Positions 31,956 to 45,670 of a stretch of DNA of 64,000 bases are shown here, piece by piece; the first letter of the stretch is position 1; the number at the start of each line of letters is the position of its first letter. Made by a program: the position numbers and the translations under genes. Source of the stretch: Escherichia coli (GTDB taxonomy: Bacteria; Pseudomonadota; Gammaproteobacteria; Enterobacterales; Enterobacteriaceae); NCBI RefSeq assembly GCF_003334305.1, contig NZ_QOWS01000010.1; one strand, given 5' to 3'. Below the pieces are notes generated by a model, which did not search any database, was not told the DNA's origin, and saw only the letters and a program-made list of their open reading frames with translations.

Positions 31956-33887
31956 TCAAATGGGGCGGATACTTTCTTCATCCAGCTCCGCATCGAAGAA
32001 CCGACGCAGGGTCTGAATATTATTATCCGCAATAATGGACTCGCGCGCCTGCGCAAGTTTTTCTTCGTATATCGCCTGACGCCACTCCAGCGGCGTACGC
32101 ACCGCGGGATTATCATCTTCAACGATAGTCAGTTCAACCGTTGAACCTTTTAACGTGCTCAACGCTTCAGCCAGTTTTTGCTGTGCACCGCGGTTGTTCA
32201 AATGCCGCTGAGAGGAGCGCAAATGCAGACATACTGCGTTGTCGCTCTCCTCTTTCCAGGCATTTAAGGCCACCTGTTCGACCAGTTTTGGTAGCGAAAG
32301 TTGACTCACCTGTGCCGCCCACGCGTCGCGCTCAATGGCTTCTGCCGCCAGCTTCGCCGCCAGTTCCGGCGTTTTTTCATGTTCCAGCGCTTTTTTCAGC
32401 GCCTTCGGCGTGGCGACCACTTCTTTTTGCTGCATCACTGGAGTGGTAGCCTTCCAGCGATACGCTTCTTTTTTGGCTGGCGCTTTTTCCAGCGCCGATG
32501 GCACCGGACGCGCCTGAACGCGATCGGTGACCGAAGCCAGTCTTTCCAGCGCAGCGTTATTCACCGGCCGCGCGCGGGTAGCGGCTGCCGGTTCACTCTT
32601 TTTTGCTTTGGTTGCTCCCTGCACGCGCTGCAACTGCTGGCGCGCCGCCAGCACCTGGCTGGTGGTTTCCGGGAGCGGTACAGTCGGTGCCTGCTGCGGC
32701 GCTGATTGCGGTTGCGGCGGCACCTGGGTTGGCGTCATTACTGCCGTTGGCGCGACGGGCGCAAAGGACTGGCGTGGCACTTCTGGCTCAGGCAGAGGCA
32801 TACGTGGATGGAACGCCAGCGCGCGCAGCAGCGTCATCTCAACGCCCATGCGGCGGTCCGGCGCATACGGTAATTCTTTGCGACCAATCAACAGCGTCTG
32901 ATAGTAAAGCTGAATATCCGTCGGCGGTATGGTGCGCGCCAGTTCACGCATCCGCAGCTCAATGGCGGCCATGTCGTTGCCAAGTGCAGCAGGCGAAAGT
33001 TGTACCATCGCAATACGATGCAACAGGCCGAGCATTTCCACCAGCAACGCTTCCCACTCGATACCACGGGCAGCGGCTTCATTAATCAGCGCCATTACGC
33101 GCTCGCCGTTGGCCTCGACCATCGCTTCAACCAGCGACAGCGCCTGATCGTCGTCAAGCGTACCCAGCATCGCACTGACTGCCTGGGTTGAAACCTGGCC
33201 GTCACCGCTGGCAATCGCCTGGTCGGTCAGACTTAAGGCATCTCGCAGGCTGCCTTCAGCGGCGCGCGCCAGCAATTGCAACGCCCGCGGCTCGTGAGCG
33301 ATATGTTCTTCGTTGAGGATGTGCTCAAGTTGATGGCGAATTTGCTCGACATCCAGCGCCTTGAGATGAAATTGCAAACAGCGCGACAAAATCGTCACCG
33401 GCAATTTCTGTGGATCGGTCGTCGCCAGCAGAAACTTAACGTGCTCCGGCGGCTCTTCAAGGGTTTTTAACAGTGCGTTAAAGCTGTGGCGCGACAGCAT
33501 ATGCACTTCGTCGATCAGATAAACTTTGAAACGACCACGCGCCGGAGCGTACTGGACGTTATCCAGCAGGTCGCGGGTATCTTCAACTTTGGTGCGCGAG
33601 GCGGCGTCGATTTCAATCAGATCGACAAAGCGCCCCTGCTCGATTTCACGACAGTTATCGCACACGCCGCACGGCGTCGCGGTAATGCCGGTTTCGCAGT
33701 TTAGCCCCTTCGCCAGCAGTCGGGCGATAGAGGTTTTTCCGACGCCACGGGTACCGGAAAAAAGATAAGCATGATGAATACGCCCTAACGACAAGCCGTT
33801 CGCCAGTGCGGTCAGCACATGTTCCTGGCCGACGACGTCAGCAAAGGTTTGTGGGCGCCATTTTCGGGCTAAGACCTGATAACTCAT
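31956..33887 (-). CDS. dnaX: DNA polymerase III tau subunit (gamma by frameshift), 643 aa
   Basis: ORF track; AAA+ Walker A GTRGVGKT; recognised DnaX sequence. Confidence 0.98.
   Translation of the reverse strand: MSYQVLARKWRPQTFADVVGQEHVLTALANGLSLGRIHHAYLFSGTRGVGKTSIARLLAKGLNCETGITATPCGVCDNCREIEQGRFVDLIEIDAASRTKVEDTRDLLDNVQYAPARGRFKVYLIDEVHMLSRHSFNALLKTLEEPPEHVKFLLATTDPQKLPVTILSRCLQFHLKALDVEQIRHQLEHILNEEHIAHEPRALQLLARAAEGSLRDALSLTDQAIASGDGQVSTQAVSAMLGTLDDDQALSLVEAMVEANGERVMALINEAAARGIEWEALLVEMLGLLHRIAMVQLSPAALGNDMAAIELRMRELARTIPPTDIQLYYQTLLIGRKELPYAPDRRMGVEMTLLRALAFHPRMPLPEPEVPRQSFAPVAPTAVMTPTQVPPQPQSAPQQAPTVPLPETTSQVLAARQQLQRVQGATKAKKSEPAAATRARPVNNAALERLASVTDRVQARPVPSALEKAPAKKEAYRWKATTPVMQQKEVVATPKALKKALEHEKTPELAAKLAAEAIERDAWAAQVSQLSLPKLVEQVALNAWKEESDNAVCLHLRSSQRHLNNRGAQQKLAEALSTLKGSTVELTIVEDDNPAVRTPLEWRQAIYEEKLAQARESIIADNNIQTLRRFFDAELDEESIRPI
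32598..32604 (-). other. dnaX: Programmed -1 frameshift heptamer A_AAA_AAG in dnaX (gamma subunit)
   Basis: Reverse strand ...GCA AAA AAG AGT GAA...; -1 frame reads AAA AAA GAG TGA, giving ...KKE-stop (stop at complement of 32593-32595). Confidence 0.9.
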
Positions 33888-34015
33888 TGGCAGGCTCTGA
33901 AACGCTGGAAGGTGGATTCACGAAGGGGTAATGCTAACACAGCCCCGTCAGAACGGCGAGGCTGAATGCACATCTTGTGCTGTCCGTAGCGTGGGCAGCA
34001 CAAGACTGGCGATAA

Positions 34016-34567
34016 TTAATGGCCCGGGAACGGGACAAGGCTGTAGCTGGTAATGCCCTGTTTTTCGAGACGCTGTTCGCCGCCGAGATCGAACAGGTTG
34101 ATAATGAACGCAGCGTCAGCCACTTCACCACCCAGACGACGGATCAGTTTAACGGTCGCTTCGATAGTGCCGCCGGTTGCCAGCAGATCGTCCACCACCA
34201 GAACTTTGTCGCCCGGTTTGATGGCATCAACGTGGATCTCCAGCTGATCGGTGCCGTATTCCAGGTCGTAAGTTTCACTGATGGTTTCACGCGGCAGTTT
34301 GCCCGGTTTACGGACCGGTACAAAGCCAACGCCCAGACCCAGAGCTACCGGAGCGCCAAACAAGAAGCCACGCGCTTCGGTGCCGACAACTTTGGTAATG
34401 CCCGCATTTTTGTAACGCTCAACCAGCAAGTCGATGCTGAGAGCGTAAGCTTTCGGGTCTTCCAGTAAGCTGGTGACATCGCGGAAAAGAATGCCGGGTT
34501 TTGGGTAGTCCTGAATGCTTTTGATGCTATTTTTGAGATACTCAAGCTGCTGTGCAGTCGCGGTCAT
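34016..34567 (-). CDS. apt: Adenine phosphoribosyltransferase, 183 aa
   Basis: Track ORF 34016..34621; start placed at [16 protein letters not shown]; PRPP-binding motif [13 protein letters not shown]. Confidence 0.96.
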
Positions 34568-34719
34568 AAGTGTATGCCTGCTTGTTACGGTGGTACTCAC
34601 GGCGCGTTTTAAACGTATCAAAAGTAACAGTTGTTTAACCTTTGACCGCCTGCGCCTGTGCTCGAAAACGCCAGAATGTACTGGCTGTACGCAATAATTG
34701 CAACTGCGATTGTTGTGCT

Positions 34720-35097
34720 TCAGTGCTTTTCTTGCTTTTCATCAATCACCGGAATTCGCCACATATAGAAAAGCAAACAGGCGAGAATTACCAGCAACAT
34801 GATGCGCACCCATGGCATCTGGACGAACCACAGAGAAATGGCAAACGTGAGCAAAATAAGCAAAATCGCCCGCGGTTTGACGCCGCGCGGCATCGCATGA
34901 TGTTTCTGCCAGAAACGTAGATAGCTGCCAAACCATGAGCGGTACAGCAACCAGGCGTGAAAGCGCGGGGAAGAACGGGCAAAGCACCAGGCCGCCAGCA
35001 GGATAAACGGCGTCGTCGGTAATACCGGTAATACCACGCCCAGCGTACCCAGCACTACCGCCAGCCAGCCAATGATGATTAAAATGATTCGTTGCAT
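34720..35097 (-). CDS. ybaN: DUF454 inner membrane protein, 125 aa
   Basis: ORF track; hydrophobic, recognised YbaN sequence. Confidence 0.9.
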
Positions 35098-35166
35098 ATT
35101 GAGTGTTGTCAGCTTACAGAGTGGCTACTTTAGCATAACAATTATCATTTTCATTGAGGTCTTATC

Positions 35167-35694
35167 GTGAAAACCGCCCTGCTGCTGGAAAAACTGGAAG
35201 GACAGCTCGCTACGCTGCGTCAGCGTTGTGCCCCGGTAGCGCAATTTGCCACGCTAAGTGCCCGTTTTGACAGACACCTTTTTCAAACCCGTGCGACAAC
35301 ACTGCAGGCTTGTCTCGATGAGGCGGGCGATAATCTGGCTGCGCTTCGTCATGCAGTTGAGCAGCAACAGCTGCCGCAAGTGGCCTGGCTGGCGGAACAT
35401 CTGGCGGCACAACTGGAAGCCATCGCGCGTGAAGCCTCCGCCTGGTCATTGCGCGAGTGGGACAGTGCGCCACCGAAAATTGCCCGCTGGCAGCGTAAAC
35501 GTATTCAGCATCAGGATTTTGAGCGGCGGCTACGTGAGATGGTTGCCGAACGCAGAGCCCGCCTGGCGCGGGTGACCGATCTCGTGGAACAGCAAACGCT
35601 GCATCGTGAAGTGGAAGCCTATGAAGCGCGCCTGGCACGCTGCCGCCATGCGCTGGAAAAAATCGAAAACAGGCTAGCGCGCTTAACCCGCTAG
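35167..35694 (+). CDS. priC: Primosomal replication protein N'' (PriC), 175 aa
   Basis: ORF track (GTG start); recognised PriC sequence. Confidence 0.93.
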   Translation: MKTALLLEKLEGQLATLRQRCAPVAQFATLSARFDRHLFQTRATTLQACLDEAGDNLAALRHAVEQQQLPQVAWLAEHLAAQLEAIAREASAWSLREWDSAPPKIARWQRKRIQHQDFERRLREMVAERRARLARVTDLVEQQTLHREVEAYEARLARCRHALEKIENRLARLTR

Positions 35695-35707
35695 CAATGG
35701 AGAGAGT

Positions 35708-35869
35708 ATGTCACTGGAAAATGCCCCTGACGATGTCAAACTGGCTGTCGATTTGATTGTGCTGCTGGAAGAAAATCAGATCCCAGCCCGCACCGTGCTG
35801 CGCGCGCTGGATATTGTAAAACGCGATTATGAAAAGAAATTAACGCGCGATGATGAGGCGGAAAAGTGA
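35708..35869 (+). CDS. ybaM: Small protein YbaM (DUF2496), 53 aa
   Basis: Not in ORF track (<60 aa); ATG 35708 preceded by SD ggagag; translation [53 protein letters not shown]; 13 nt after the priC stop. Confidence 0.85.
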   Translation: MSLENAPDDVKLAVDLIVLLEENQIPARTVLRALDIVKRDYEKKLTRDDEAEK

Positions 35870-35922
35870 GAAATAAATGGGGCCGCTAAATGTCCCCTAA
35901 GATTGTGGGCAAACGCAAAACT

Positions 35923-36020
35923 GCCTGATGCGCTACGCTTATCAGGCCTACACCGCTCCTGCAATACATTGAATTCTTGCGGTTTCGTAGGCCGGATAAG
36001 GCGGTCACGCCGCATCCGGC
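35923..36020. repeat. BIME: two inverted REP units
   Basis: gcctgatgcgctacgcttatcaggcctac (35923-35951) and gtaggccggataaggcggtcacgccgcatccggc (35987-36020), between ybaM and the 3' end of mscK. Confidence 0.85.
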
Positions 36021-36080
36021 ATGAACAACGCGCACTTTGTCAGTAATCTCGGGGCAACTAAATGTCGCCCCCTTTGGTTA

Positions 36081-39000
36081 TTACCCTACCGCTGGCGTCG
36101 GGTCATCGCCTTTGTAGTCGCGTTTGACTTCCGTCACCTCATCGCCCTTCTCGTTGTGCAGATGCACTTCAAGCTGGTTAAAGGCAATGTTGATGTCGTT
36201 TTCACGGCACAGCTGATCGATAGTACGGTTCAGCTCATCGACAGTACGACTACGGTCACGCAGTTCACGCACATACAGACGCAGCTCATGATCCAACGTG
36301 CTGGCACCAAACGCCGTAAAGAAGACTTCCGGCATTGGTTCGTGCATCACCCTTGGGTGCTCAGTCGCCGCCTTCAGTAACACTTTACGCACTTTTTCCA
36401 GATCGGAGCCATAGGCCACGCCGAGACGGATCACCAGACGCGTAGTAGTGTCAGTCAACGACCAGTTGATCAGACGCTCGGTAACAAACGCTTTGTTCGG
36501 GATGATCACTTCTTTGCGATCGAAATCGGTAATCGTTGTCGCACGAATACGGATCTTACTTACCGTCCCCGAGAAGCTACCAATGGTTACCGTATCGCCA
36601 ATACGCACCGGACGTTCGAACAGAATGATCAAACCGGAGACGAAGTTACCGAAAATTTCTTGTAAACCAAAACCAAGACCTACGGATAATGCTGCGGCCA
36701 GCCACTGGAGTTTATCCCAAGAGACGCCCAGCGATCCGAACACCGTCATCGCACCAACGGCAATAATGATGTAGTTAAGGATGGTAGTAATGGCATACGA
36801 CGCGCCCTGACGCATATTCAGTCGCGAGAGCACCAGCACTTCCAGTAAACCAGGCAGGTTGCGAATCAACGCCCAGGCCACCATTGAGGCGATAATCGCA
36901 AACAACAGACTGCCCATGGTGACGTTTTTCACCACCGCAGCGCCAGCTTCAGTGCCGTTGTAATGCCAGAGCGTGATGCTGTCGAGATAGCTGAACACGG
37001 TGATCAAATCGGACCAAATTGCCCAGAACATGACACCGAACAGCGCAAACATCAGCAACATGGTAATACGCAGCGTCTGCTGGTTAACTTGCTCCAGTGC
37101 AATGGTGGGTTCTTCCGGCGGTTCGGCACCTTCTGCGCCCTCTTTCACCAGATTCTGCCGACGCGCCAGCGCACGACGCCAGGCGATACGCCGCGCCGCT
37201 ACGCTTAAGCCGCGCAATACCGTCTGGTAGAGCAAGTTCCAGATGATCACCAGATAAACGGTTTCAATCCAACGCCCGGAGAGGCGCAGCGTGGTGTAGA
37301 AATAACCCGTGGCAGTCAGCACCATCAATGCAATCGGGATAATCGACAGCACGGTAATGGTGACCAGTCGCATGGTGTGCGACTCTTTATCACGCCAGCT
37401 TTCGCGGCACATTGGCCATACCAGGAAGGCAATCAGCAGCAGGTTGAAGAAAATCATCGCCTGCCCCAGCACATCATCCATCAGATGCAGCGGGGAAAGT
37501 TCTGCCACCACAGACCAGAAATGGATAGGCAGCAACGCGAGACTGATGCGGACAATTTGCCGACGCCAGTGGCTGGTCTGCTGCTCCGGCATGCCGAAGT
37601 GACGCACGGCAACGCCATTTTTCTCCAGTACCTTCCAGCACAGGCCAAACACCAGCCAGAAAATCGCCAGTTTTTTACTGAACGACCATAGCAGTTCGCT
37701 GATGTTGAGCTGCATGGTCAACAGAATCAGGCCAACCGCGAGAATAATCAGGCACACCGGCAGCGCGCGGATCAGGTCGATAAGGATCGCTTTTGGTGTG
37801 TTGAGCTGGCTATCGTTACGCAGGGAACCCACAGCGGAAGCCAGTTTCTGTTGATACGCTTTCAGCCAGCCCAGACGCCAGTGGATCAGCCCGGCAATCA
37901 ACAGCAGCGGCAAACCGGCGAGGAAAGCGATAAAAACGGCAGGCCAGGCTTTTTCCCAGTTCACCGTGATTTTCATCGACTTAAATTCATCTTTCAGGCT
38001 TTGCGGGAACGCTTTGATCCAGTCCCAGTCCATTGGACGGTTACTGTTCACCCAAAAGATTTGCTGAGTCAGGATGGATTTCAGGTTTTTCGATACGCTC
38101 ATTAACTGCTGCTGGTTGATTTGCAGGTTAATGGCCATCATCAGCTGGTTACCCAACTGTTTGTTGAGTTGATCCAGCAATTCGCGACGCATATCAACCA
38201 CTTGCAATAACGCATCGTGAACTTCGCTGTTGACTTCGTTGGTGTGACCTTCTTCCAGTTTGTTGACGAACGCATCGCTCTGGAAGAGTGCATCACGCTG
38301 CTGGTTAACTTCAAACTGTTCGAGACGCAAATCCGCGATGCGGTTGGTCATGTTTTCCAGTTCATCCGCCGAGGGCAGCGTTTGTTGTTGCTGGTAAAGG
38401 ATACGAGACAACAGCAGGCTACCCTTCAGGACGGCAATCTGCTCTTTAATATTGCGTTCCGATTGCAGCGCCCGCTCCAGCCAGTTTTTGACTTTAATGT
38501 TTTGCTGCATCAACTGATTACCGTTTTCAGTCGCGGTAATCAGACGCTGACTTAACTGCTGGTTAATTTCCAGTTCCTGCTTCACCAGCGGATTAGCCTG
38601 AATACGCGCGGCTTCATCCGGGGAGACGGCTTCCTGCGCCGTTTTTTCGGTTAAAGTCAGGCGCTTGCTGTTTACCGCTTCTTGCAACAGTTGTAACTGG
38701 TGCTCCAGACGAGCGCTGTTCGCCGTCACGTAATCACGTTGCTTTTGCAAGGTATCCTGCAAGACGGTGTTCCCTTCCAGGCTTTTACGCTGCTGGTCAA
38801 TCTCCGCATTCAGCAACGCCTGCTGGGCCTGCATTAACACTTTCTGGCTGGGACGTAAGGCTGTCTCGCCGACATCAGTCCCATCCAGACGACTGCGAAT
38901 TTGTTGCAGCTGCTGCGAAGCGTTATACATCGCATTTTGCACGCGTTCGGGCTGCGTCTGTAACGAAACCAGCTGGCTGTTATAAGACGCCAGATCGTTT

Positions 39001-39443
39001 TGTGCGTTTTGCAAATCGTCCAGCGCCTGGGCAACGCGAGTTTCCAGCTGGCGCAACGAAAGCGTGCTCAGAATTTTGCGCGTTTCTTCGTCGTTATCGA
39101 CATCGCTAAGTGCTGTTAACGCCGCGGTCGCCTGGCGCATTTTTTCCGGCGCTTCAGCGACTTTTTGCCGTAGCTGAACTGTCTCTTCTTTTATGCGATC
39201 GATTTTATCGAGGGTGGCTAATGTATCTGTCAGATCCTGCTGCACCAGTTTGTCCTGAGCAGAAAGATCTTTTTGTTTATTTAGTGAGTCAAGTTGCGCC
39301 TGCAGGTCCGCTTTTGTCGGCAGATCACCATTCGATGACGCCCGCGCAAACGCCGTGTTCTGGCATAACAAGACAAAAACAAAAGCAATAAATGCTGAAA
39401 AAACAAAATGCCGTGATCGTTTGTAATACTGGAACATAGTCAT
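36081..39443 (-). CDS. mscK: Potassium-dependent mechanosensitive channel MscK, 1120 aa
   Basis: ORF track; signal peptide, long periplasmic coiled-coil region, C-terminal multi-TM MscS-like channel domain. Confidence 0.97.
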   Translation of the reverse strand: MTMFQYYKRSRHFVFSAFIAFVFVLLCQNTAFARASSNGDLPTKADLQAQLDSLNKQKDLSAQDKLVQQDLTDTLATLDKIDRIKEETVQLRQKVAEAPEKMRQATAALTALSDVDNDEETRKILSTLSLRQLETRVAQALDDLQNAQNDLASYNSQLVSLQTQPERVQNAMYNASQQLQQIRSRLDGTDVGETALRPSQKVLMQAQQALLNAEIDQQRKSLEGNTVLQDTLQKQRDYVTANSARLEHQLQLLQEAVNSKRLTLTEKTAQEAVSPDEAARIQANPLVKQELEINQQLSQRLITATENGNQLMQQNIKVKNWLERALQSERNIKEQIAVLKGSLLLSRILYQQQQTLPSADELENMTNRIADLRLEQFEVNQQRDALFQSDAFVNKLEEGHTNEVNSEVHDALLQVVDMRRELLDQLNKQLGNQLMMAINLQINQQQLMSVSKNLKSILTQQIFWVNSNRPMDWDWIKAFPQSLKDEFKSMKITVNWEKAWPAVFIAFLAGLPLLLIAGLIHWRLGWLKAYQQKLASAVGSLRNDSQLNTPKAILIDLIRALPVCLIILAVGLILLTMQLNISELLWSFSKKLAIFWLVFGLCWKVLEKNGVAVRHFGMPEQQTSHWRRQIVRISLALLPIHFWSVVAELSPLHLMDDVLGQAMIFFNLLLIAFLVWPMCRESWRDKESHTMRLVTITVLSIIPIALMVLTATGYFYTTLRLSGRWIETVYLVIIWNLLYQTVLRGLSVAARRIAWRRALARRQNLVKEGAEGAEPPEEPTIALEQVNQQTLRITMLLMFALFGVMFWAIWSDLITVFSYLDSITLWHYNGTEAGAAVVKNVTMGSLLFAIIASMVAWALIRNLPGLLEVLVLSRLNMRQGASYAITTILNYIIIAVGAMTVFGSLGVSWDKLQWLAAALSVGLGFGLQEIFGNFVSGLIILFERPVRIGDTVTIGSFSGTVSKIRIRATTITDFDRKEVIIPNKAFVTERLINWSLTDTTTRLVIRLGVAYGSDLEKVRKVLLKAATEHPRVMHEPMPEVFFTAFGASTLDHELRLYVRELRDRSRTVDELNRTIDQLCRENDINIAFNQLEVHLHNEKGDEVTEVKRDYKGDDPTPAVG

Positions 39444-39570
39444 GATGAATGAAGGTTTCTGAACCTGAAGAACGACCTGAAAAAGTCAAACCGCAAGAAT
39501 ATCACGACGCAGTGAACCAGAATAGCAACGACGAAAATGTCCAGGAAAAATCCTGGAGTCAGATTCAGGG

Positions 39571-40218
39571 TTATTCGTTAGTGGCAGGATTACGAAGCGT
39601 GGGGCACAGGAGATACATCTCCAGTAAGATGGCGACGTAATCGCGGGCTTCTTTTTTAAGATCAAAAGATTGCGGGGCAAAGAGCCAGTTTTCCATCAGG
39701 CCGGAAATATAGCCGCGCATAATAATTGCTGCCCGACGCGTCATTAAATCCGCAGGCAACATTTTCGCTTCAATACAATGTTTTAACGTTTGTTCTATAC
39801 GGTCATAACTTTCCAGACAGAGATTACGTTGTGCCTGTTGCACAACAGCCATTTCTCCGACAAATTCGCATTTGTGGAATATAATCTCCATCAATAATCG
39901 ACGTCGTTCTTCTGTCACCGTGGATTCAAGAACATGAATTAATATCTCTCTTAATACTGAGAGTGGATCGCCAGGGAATTTTGCCTGATACTCAAGCTCT
40001 AGTTCACCAATATTGGATTCTGACAGTTCCCAGATCTCACTGAACAAATCCGACTTGTCTTTAAAATGCCAGTAGATTGCACCGCGCGTAACGCCAGCTG
40101 CTTTTGCAATCTCGCCCAGCGAGGTGGATGATACCCCCTGCTGTGAGAAAAGACGTAGAGCCACATCGAGGATGTGTTGGCGCGTTTCTTGCGCTTCTTG
40201 TTTGGTTTTTCGTGCCAT
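39571..40218 (-). CDS. acrR: TetR-family repressor of acrAB, 215 aa
   Basis: ORF track; N-terminal TetR HTH; divergent from acrA. Confidence 0.97.
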
Positions 40219-40246
40219 ATGTTCGTGAATTTACAGGCGTTAGATT

Positions 40247-40270
40247 TACATACATTTGTGAATGTATGTA
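40247..40270. promoter_or_regulatory. AcrR operator (24-bp palindrome) in the acrR-acrA divergent promoter region
   Basis: TACATACATTTGTGAATGTATGTA; outer arms TACATACA / TGTATGTA are exact reverse complements. Confidence 0.85.
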
Positions 40271-40359
40271 CCATAGCACGACGATAATATAAACGCAGCA
40301 ATGGGTTTATTAACTTTTGACCATTGACCAATTTGAAATCGGACACTCGAGGTTTACAT

Positions 40360-41553
40360 ATGAACAAAAACAGAGGGTTTACGCCTCTGGCGGTCGTTCT
40401 GATGCTCTCAGGCAGCTTAGCCCTAACAGGATGTGACGACAAACAGGCCCAACAAGGTGGCCAGCAGATGCCCGCCGTTGGCGTAGTAACAGTCAAAACT
40501 GAACCTCTGCAGATCACAACCGAGCTTCCGGGTCGCACCAGTGCCTACCGGATCGCAGAAGTTCGTCCTCAAGTTAGCGGGATTATCCTGAAGCGTAATT
40601 TCAAAGAAGGTAGCGACATCGAAGCAGGTGTCTCTCTCTATCAGATTGATCCTGCGACCTATCAGGCGACATACGACAGTGCGAAAGGTGATCTGGCGAA
40701 AGCCCAGGCTGCAGCCAATATCGCGCAATTGACGGTGAATCGTTATCAGAAACTGCTCGGTACTCAGTACATCAGTAAGCAAGAGTACGATCAGGCTCTG
40801 GCTGATGCGCAACAGGCGAATGCTGCGGTAACTGCGGCGAAAGCTGCCGTTGAAACTGCGCGGATCAATCTGGCTTACACCAAAGTCACCTCTCCGATTA
40901 GCGGTCGCATTGGTAAGTCGAACGTGACGGAAGGCGCATTGGTACAGAACGGTCAGGCGACTGCGCTGGCAACCGTGCAGCAACTTGATCCGATCTACGT
41001 TGATGTGACCCAGTCCAGCAACGACTTCCTGCGCCTGAAACAGGAACTGGCGAATGGCACGCTGAAACAAGAGAACGGCAAAGCCAAAGTGTCGCTGATC
41101 ACCAGTGACGGCATTAAGTTCCCGCAGGACGGTACGCTGGAATTCTCTGACGTTACCGTTGATCAGACCACTGGGTCTATCACCCTACGCGCTATCTTCC
41201 CGAACCCGGATCACACTCTGCTGCCGGGTATGTTCGTGCGCGCACGTCTGGAAGAAGGGCTTAATCCAAACGCTATTTTAGTCCCGCAACAGGGCGTAAC
41301 CCGTACGCCGCGTGGTGATGCCACCGTACTGGTAGTTGGCGCGGATGACAAAGTGGAAACCCGTCCGATCGTTGCAAGCCAGGCTATTGGCGATAAGTGG
41401 CTGGTGACAGAAGGTCTGAAAGCAGGCGATCGCGTAGTAATAAGTGGGCTGCAGAAAGTGCGTCCTGGTGTCCAGGTAAAAGCACAAGAAGTTACCGCTG
41501 ATAATAACCAGCAAGCCGCAAGCGGTGCTCAGCCTGAACAGTCCAAGTCTTAA
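40360..41553 (+). CDS. acrA: RND efflux membrane fusion lipoprotein AcrA, 397 aa
   Basis: Track ORF 40324..41553 (TTG start); start placed at MNKNRGFTPLAVVLMLSGSLALTGC (lipobox). Confidence 0.97.
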   Translation: MNKNRGFTPLAVVLMLSGSLALTGCDDKQAQQGGQQMPAVGVVTVKTEPLQITTELPGRTSAYRIAEVRPQVSGIILKRNFKEGSDIEAGVSLYQIDPATYQATYDSAKGDLAKAQAAANIAQLTVNRYQKLLGTQYISKQEYDQALADAQQANAAVTAAKAAVETARINLAYTKVTSPISGRIGKSNVTEGALVQNGQATALATVQQLDPIYVDVTQSSNDFLRLKQELANGTLKQENGKAKVSLITSDGIKFPQDGTLEFSDVTVDQTTGSITLRAIFPNPDHTLLPGMFVRARLEEGLNPNAILVPQQGVTRTPRGDATVLVVGADDKVETRPIVASQAIGDKWLVTEGLKAGDRVVISGLQKVRPGVQVKAQEVTADNNQQAASGAQPEQSKS

Positions 41554-41572
41554 CTTAAACAGGAGCCGTTAA

Positions 41573-44725
<3,153 letters not shown>

Positions 44726-44742
44726 TACAACGTGTAATCACT

Positions 44743-44768
44743 AAGGCCGCGCAAGCGGCCTTTTTTAT
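44743..44768 (+). terminator. Intrinsic terminator of acrAB
   Basis: aaggccgc-gcaa-gcggcctt hairpin followed by TTTTTTAT, 18 nt after the acrB stop. Confidence 0.85.
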
Positions 44769-45270
44769 GCATAACCTACGAACATTAAGGAGTAATTGAA
44801 CCACCAACTCAGGATCTCATACGAAAACCAGTATTAACCACGGATAAAATTCATAAAAAATACTGATTGTTAGTTAATTTATATTAAGTAGCGCTAATAG
44901 ATTTAATAATCCATAATCATTTAGAGGCTATTCTTAATTATTTGCGGTAATTCTTTATTCATTCCTCGGTTATTACGTCATATTCAGAGCAATCCTGGTA
45001 TTAGTGTCACCAATTTCATCTGGCGATAATCCTGAAATGTTATGAACAGTTCGAGCAGACTGCTTTTACCTGCTGCGGGTTAGTGCTAGTATGAAAAAGT
45101 GAGTCCTGTCCCGATTCCTTCCTAATTGTAATTTTTCGTAATAATGCGATGAAAACCTGCAAAGAGTGGCTTATAGTTAAGCTAACAAACGAGAGGGCAA
45201 GTCCAGGTCAGTAAGTTTTTTCCATCCCGAAAGGTGTCCGTTAGTTCAACCGCTAAGAAGGGGACGCGTT

Positions 45271-45645
45271 ATGGATGAATACTCACCCAAAAGACATGAT
45301 ATCGCACAGCTTAAGTTTCTCTGTGAAACCCTGTATCATGACTGCCTTGCAAACCTTGAAGAAAGCAATCATGGCTGGGTTAACGACCCAACCTCGGCGA
45401 TCAACCTCCAGTTGAATGAACTGATTGAGCATATTGCGACCTTCGCACTTAATTACAAAATTAAGTATAATGAAGACAATAAGCTCATTGAGCAGATCGA
45501 CGAATATCTGGATGACACCTTTATGTTGTTCAGTAGTTATGGTATTAATATGCAGGATCTTCAGAAATGGCGGAAGTCAGGTAATCGACTATTCCGTTGT
45601 TTTGTCAATGCGACGAAAGAGAATCCTGCGAGTTTATCTTGTTAG
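45271..45645 (+). CDS. tomB: Hha toxicity modulator TomB (YbaJ), 124 aa
   Basis: ORF track; SD aagaagggga; recognised TomB sequence. Confidence 0.93.
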
Positions 45646-45670
45646 AATTATTACAACCATGGGTAGAAGT

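Noticed and set aside
33974-34004. Hairpin cttgtgctg...cagcacaag downstream of apt as an intrinsic terminator
   Set aside because: The stem is convincing but no U-tract follows on the apt strand; it could equally be part of the dnaX promoter region. Left unannotated.
44787-44838. SD-like aaggag followed by a short ORF (~13 codons) in the acrB-tomB spacer
   Set aside because: Start codon would be TTG/ATT and the ORF is too short with no conservation evidence available; most likely a chance SD in AT-rich DNA.
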